Positions 62,171 to 64,000 of a stretch of DNA of 64,000 nt are shown here, piece after piece. The notes under the pieces were generated by a model. The model was not told where the DNA came from. It saw only the letters and a program-made list of their open reading frames with translations, and made no database searches. The stretch covers positions 124,001-188,000 of the forward strand of contig CALMGJ010000011.1 in the NCBI GenBank assembly GCA_937863565.1, read 5' to 3'. This stretch comes from an uncultured bacterium (GTDB lineage: Bacteria; AUK180). Position numbers and translations under genes: made by a program. Each line of letters begins with the position of its first letter. Position 1 is the first letter of the stretch.

Positions 62171-64000
62171 TCTTTCAAAGGATAACCGATAAGCTTATAG
62201 ACGGTAAGGCCCTCGGCCTTTCCCTTGACCGACATCTTCTCCGGGTGGAGCTCGAACCTGGTCTTGAGCTCATCGGACAATTTATCAAAAGCATCCTTTG
62301 TCAGAACAAGGGCATTGTTAAGTGTTCTGGTCAAACCCTCTACCCGGGACGCGGTATTAACGGTATCTCCCATGGCCGTATAATCATAGACTTTGTCCGA
62401 ACCCATATTGCCTATGACCGCATCACCGTAGTTAACGCCGATCCCGATATAGAATTTTTCTTCGAGACCTTTGTTCATTTCTTTGATAGCGTCGATCATA
62501 TCGATGCAGGCGAGCACACAATGATCACAGGCCGCCTTATCCGGAAGAGGGGCGCCCCAGAAGGCCATTATGCAGTCCCCGATATATTTATCCAAAGTTC
62601 CCTTGAACTCGAAAACGGAATTGGTGAGCTTGGTGAGGATGATATTGAGCATTTTAACGACCTCTTCCGGAGAGTGTGATTCGGAATAAGTGGTAAATCC
62701 CGCCACATCCCCGAACAGTATCGCCACAGCGGTCCTGTTGCCGCCGAGTTTCACAAGGCCGGGGTTCTTGACCAGCTCATGCATGACATTGGGGGAGAGG
62801 TAATGCGAAAGGATCATCTTGAGCTCTCTTGCTCCCTTTGAGGACACAAGGTAATAATAGGCCAGATGATAACCGAAAAGGGCGAGAAAGAACAGGTTCG
62901 GTATGAAAAAATGCAGAAGCTCCCTGAGTTTCCCGAAAAAGAACATCTGTATCCCCGTGTAAACAAGGAAAACGAAAAAAAGTGACAATACGCCCCTGAG
63001 AAGATTGAACTCTTTGTTCACCCGAACGAATATATAACCCAAGATCAGCATACAGAAAAGGATCACCAGGTAATTGAAGACCCTGTGCGGTTTAAGGATA
63101 TTCCCGGTAAGAAGATTATTCACGATCATCGCCTCGATCTCGATACCGGGCATCGAAGGTGAAATGGGGCTGGGGCGGTAATCGTGAAGACCGACCGAAG
63201 TAAGTCCGACGAGAACGATAGAGTCATTCAGATCGTATCTGAACCCCTCCTCATAGAACTCGGTCATGGGAATATACTTGATCTCCCTCTCGTGCCGCGT
63301 GAAATGTATCATGAACTTTTTATTATCATTGGTCGGGACGGAAATATCCCCCATCTTTATCTCATTCACGCCGATCGAGATATCGGACATTTCAAGGCCT
63401 TTGTACAGGCGGAAAAGATCAAAGGCCATACCCCAGATAACCCTGCCTTTGTAAAAATAAAAAGGCCCGTAATGGCGGACAGGGCCGTCAAAATCGCTAT
63501 TGAGCTTCACATGTCCTCTCGAAACAAGGCTCTGCGCGATCACATCCACGTTCCCGACAAAGGAAAAGTCACCCGCTTTGTCCGACCGCTCTGCGGCGGG
63601 AAAATATTCAAGTTCTTCCAGGTTCTTGTCGTCGGAGGGTTTACCGGGAAGAAAGACGGAACCCACAACATTGCCCGCCCAGAATATCGAGCTTGCCAAG
63701 GTCTCATCGCCGGAAGAGGTTTCGGGGAAAACAATATCAAGGCCGATATATTTAGGTCCATGCTCGTTTATCCTGCTGATGAGATCGGCCAGAAGGGATC
63801 TTTCAAAAGGCCATCTCCCGAAGCGGTTGAGCGCCGCATCGTCTATAGCTACGATGTATATCCGGTCGCTGGCCTTCTCGGGAAACACCCTTTGGAGAAA
63901 ATCCCACCATTTGATATCAAGAAGGCTGAGGAAACGGATATTGACGAATAACAGGGAGCAGAAAAGCACAAAAATGATGATAAGGACATGGTTTTTCTTC
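62164..64000 (-). CDS. CHASE2-domain class III adenylate cyclase (5' end just outside the window)
   Basis: IVAIDD...GRWPF.R, GLDIVF, DFDGPVR, MPGIEI, three TMs; FGDVAGFT, DKYIGD, DYTAMGDTVNTASR. Frame open to the window edge. Confidence 0.93.
   Translation of the reverse strand, partial: KKNHVLIIIFVLFCSLLFVNIRFLSLLDIKWWDFLQRVFPEKASDRIYIVAIDDAALNRFGRWPFERSLLADLISRINEHGPKYIGLDIVFPETSSGDETLASSIFWAGNVVGSVFLPGKPSDDKNLEELEYFPAAERSDKAGDFSFVGNVDVIAQSLVSRGHVKLNSDFDGPVRHYGPFYFYKGRVIWGMAFDLFRLYKGLEMSDISIGVNEIKMGDISVPTNDNKKFMIHFTRHEREIKYIPMTEFYEEGFRYDLNDSIVLVGLTSVGLHDYRPSPISPSMPGIEIEAMIVNNLLTGNILKPHRVFNYLVILFCMLILGYIFVRVNKEFNLLRGVLSLFFVFLVYTGIQMFFFGKLRELLHFFIPNLFFLALFGYHLAYYYLVSSKGARELKMILSHYLSPNVMHELVKNPGLVKLGGNRTAVAILFGDVAGFTTYSESHSPEEVVKMLNIILTKLTNSVFEFKGTLDKYIGDCIMAFWGAPLPDKAACDHCVLACIDMIDAIKEMNKGLEEKFYIGIGVNYGDAVIGNMGSDKVYDYTAMGDTVNTASRVEGLTRTLNNALVLTKDAFDKLSDELKTRFELHPEKMSVKGKAEGLTVYKLIGYPLKDV

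Noticed and set aside
62050-62679. 209-aa plus-strand ORF crossing the DnaA-box cluster
   Set aside because: Mostly antisense to the cyclase domain; its 5' part is translated box sequence.

Overview
Core chromosomal segment of an anaerobic, probably diderm bacterium, most likely the replication-origin region. From about 2.3 to 50 kb most genes are on the minus strand: a soluble-type adenylate cyclase-STAND-TPR gene, dnaN-dciA-gyrB-gyrA-TPR-mutS2, an RND pump, iorAB-glyS-ppdK, cupin-ftsEX-envC-ctpA-yibQ-tsaD-dus-ECF sigma/anti-sigma, and natAB. A plus-strand block follows (GH18/DUF3142-like gene, parA, parB, TPR membrane protein, AmmeMemo B-A fusion, coiled-coil protein, trmFO), then split lysO and a CHASE2 adenylate cyclase on the minus strand. 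I found no rRNA, tRNA, CRISPR array, transposase or integrase. Main non-obvious signals: (1) a candidate oriC at about 61.9-62.2 kb with DnaA boxes, a GC-rich spacer, DnaA-trios and an AT-rich tract, 40 kb from dnaN and with no dnaA in the window; (2) two parS palindromes and a parAB locus with unusual envelope-protein neighbours, including a HubP/FimV-like candidate polar anchor; (3) an AT-rich two-gene islet encoding a Cys-rich lipoprotein and a secreted zincin-like protein with altered metal ligands, behind a (CAAT)8 tract; (4) a fold-back element of 7-nt repeats beside parS; (5) likely leaderless genes, two related ECF promoters and a small ORF missing from the track. Family assignments come from motif recognition by eye; no searches were run.
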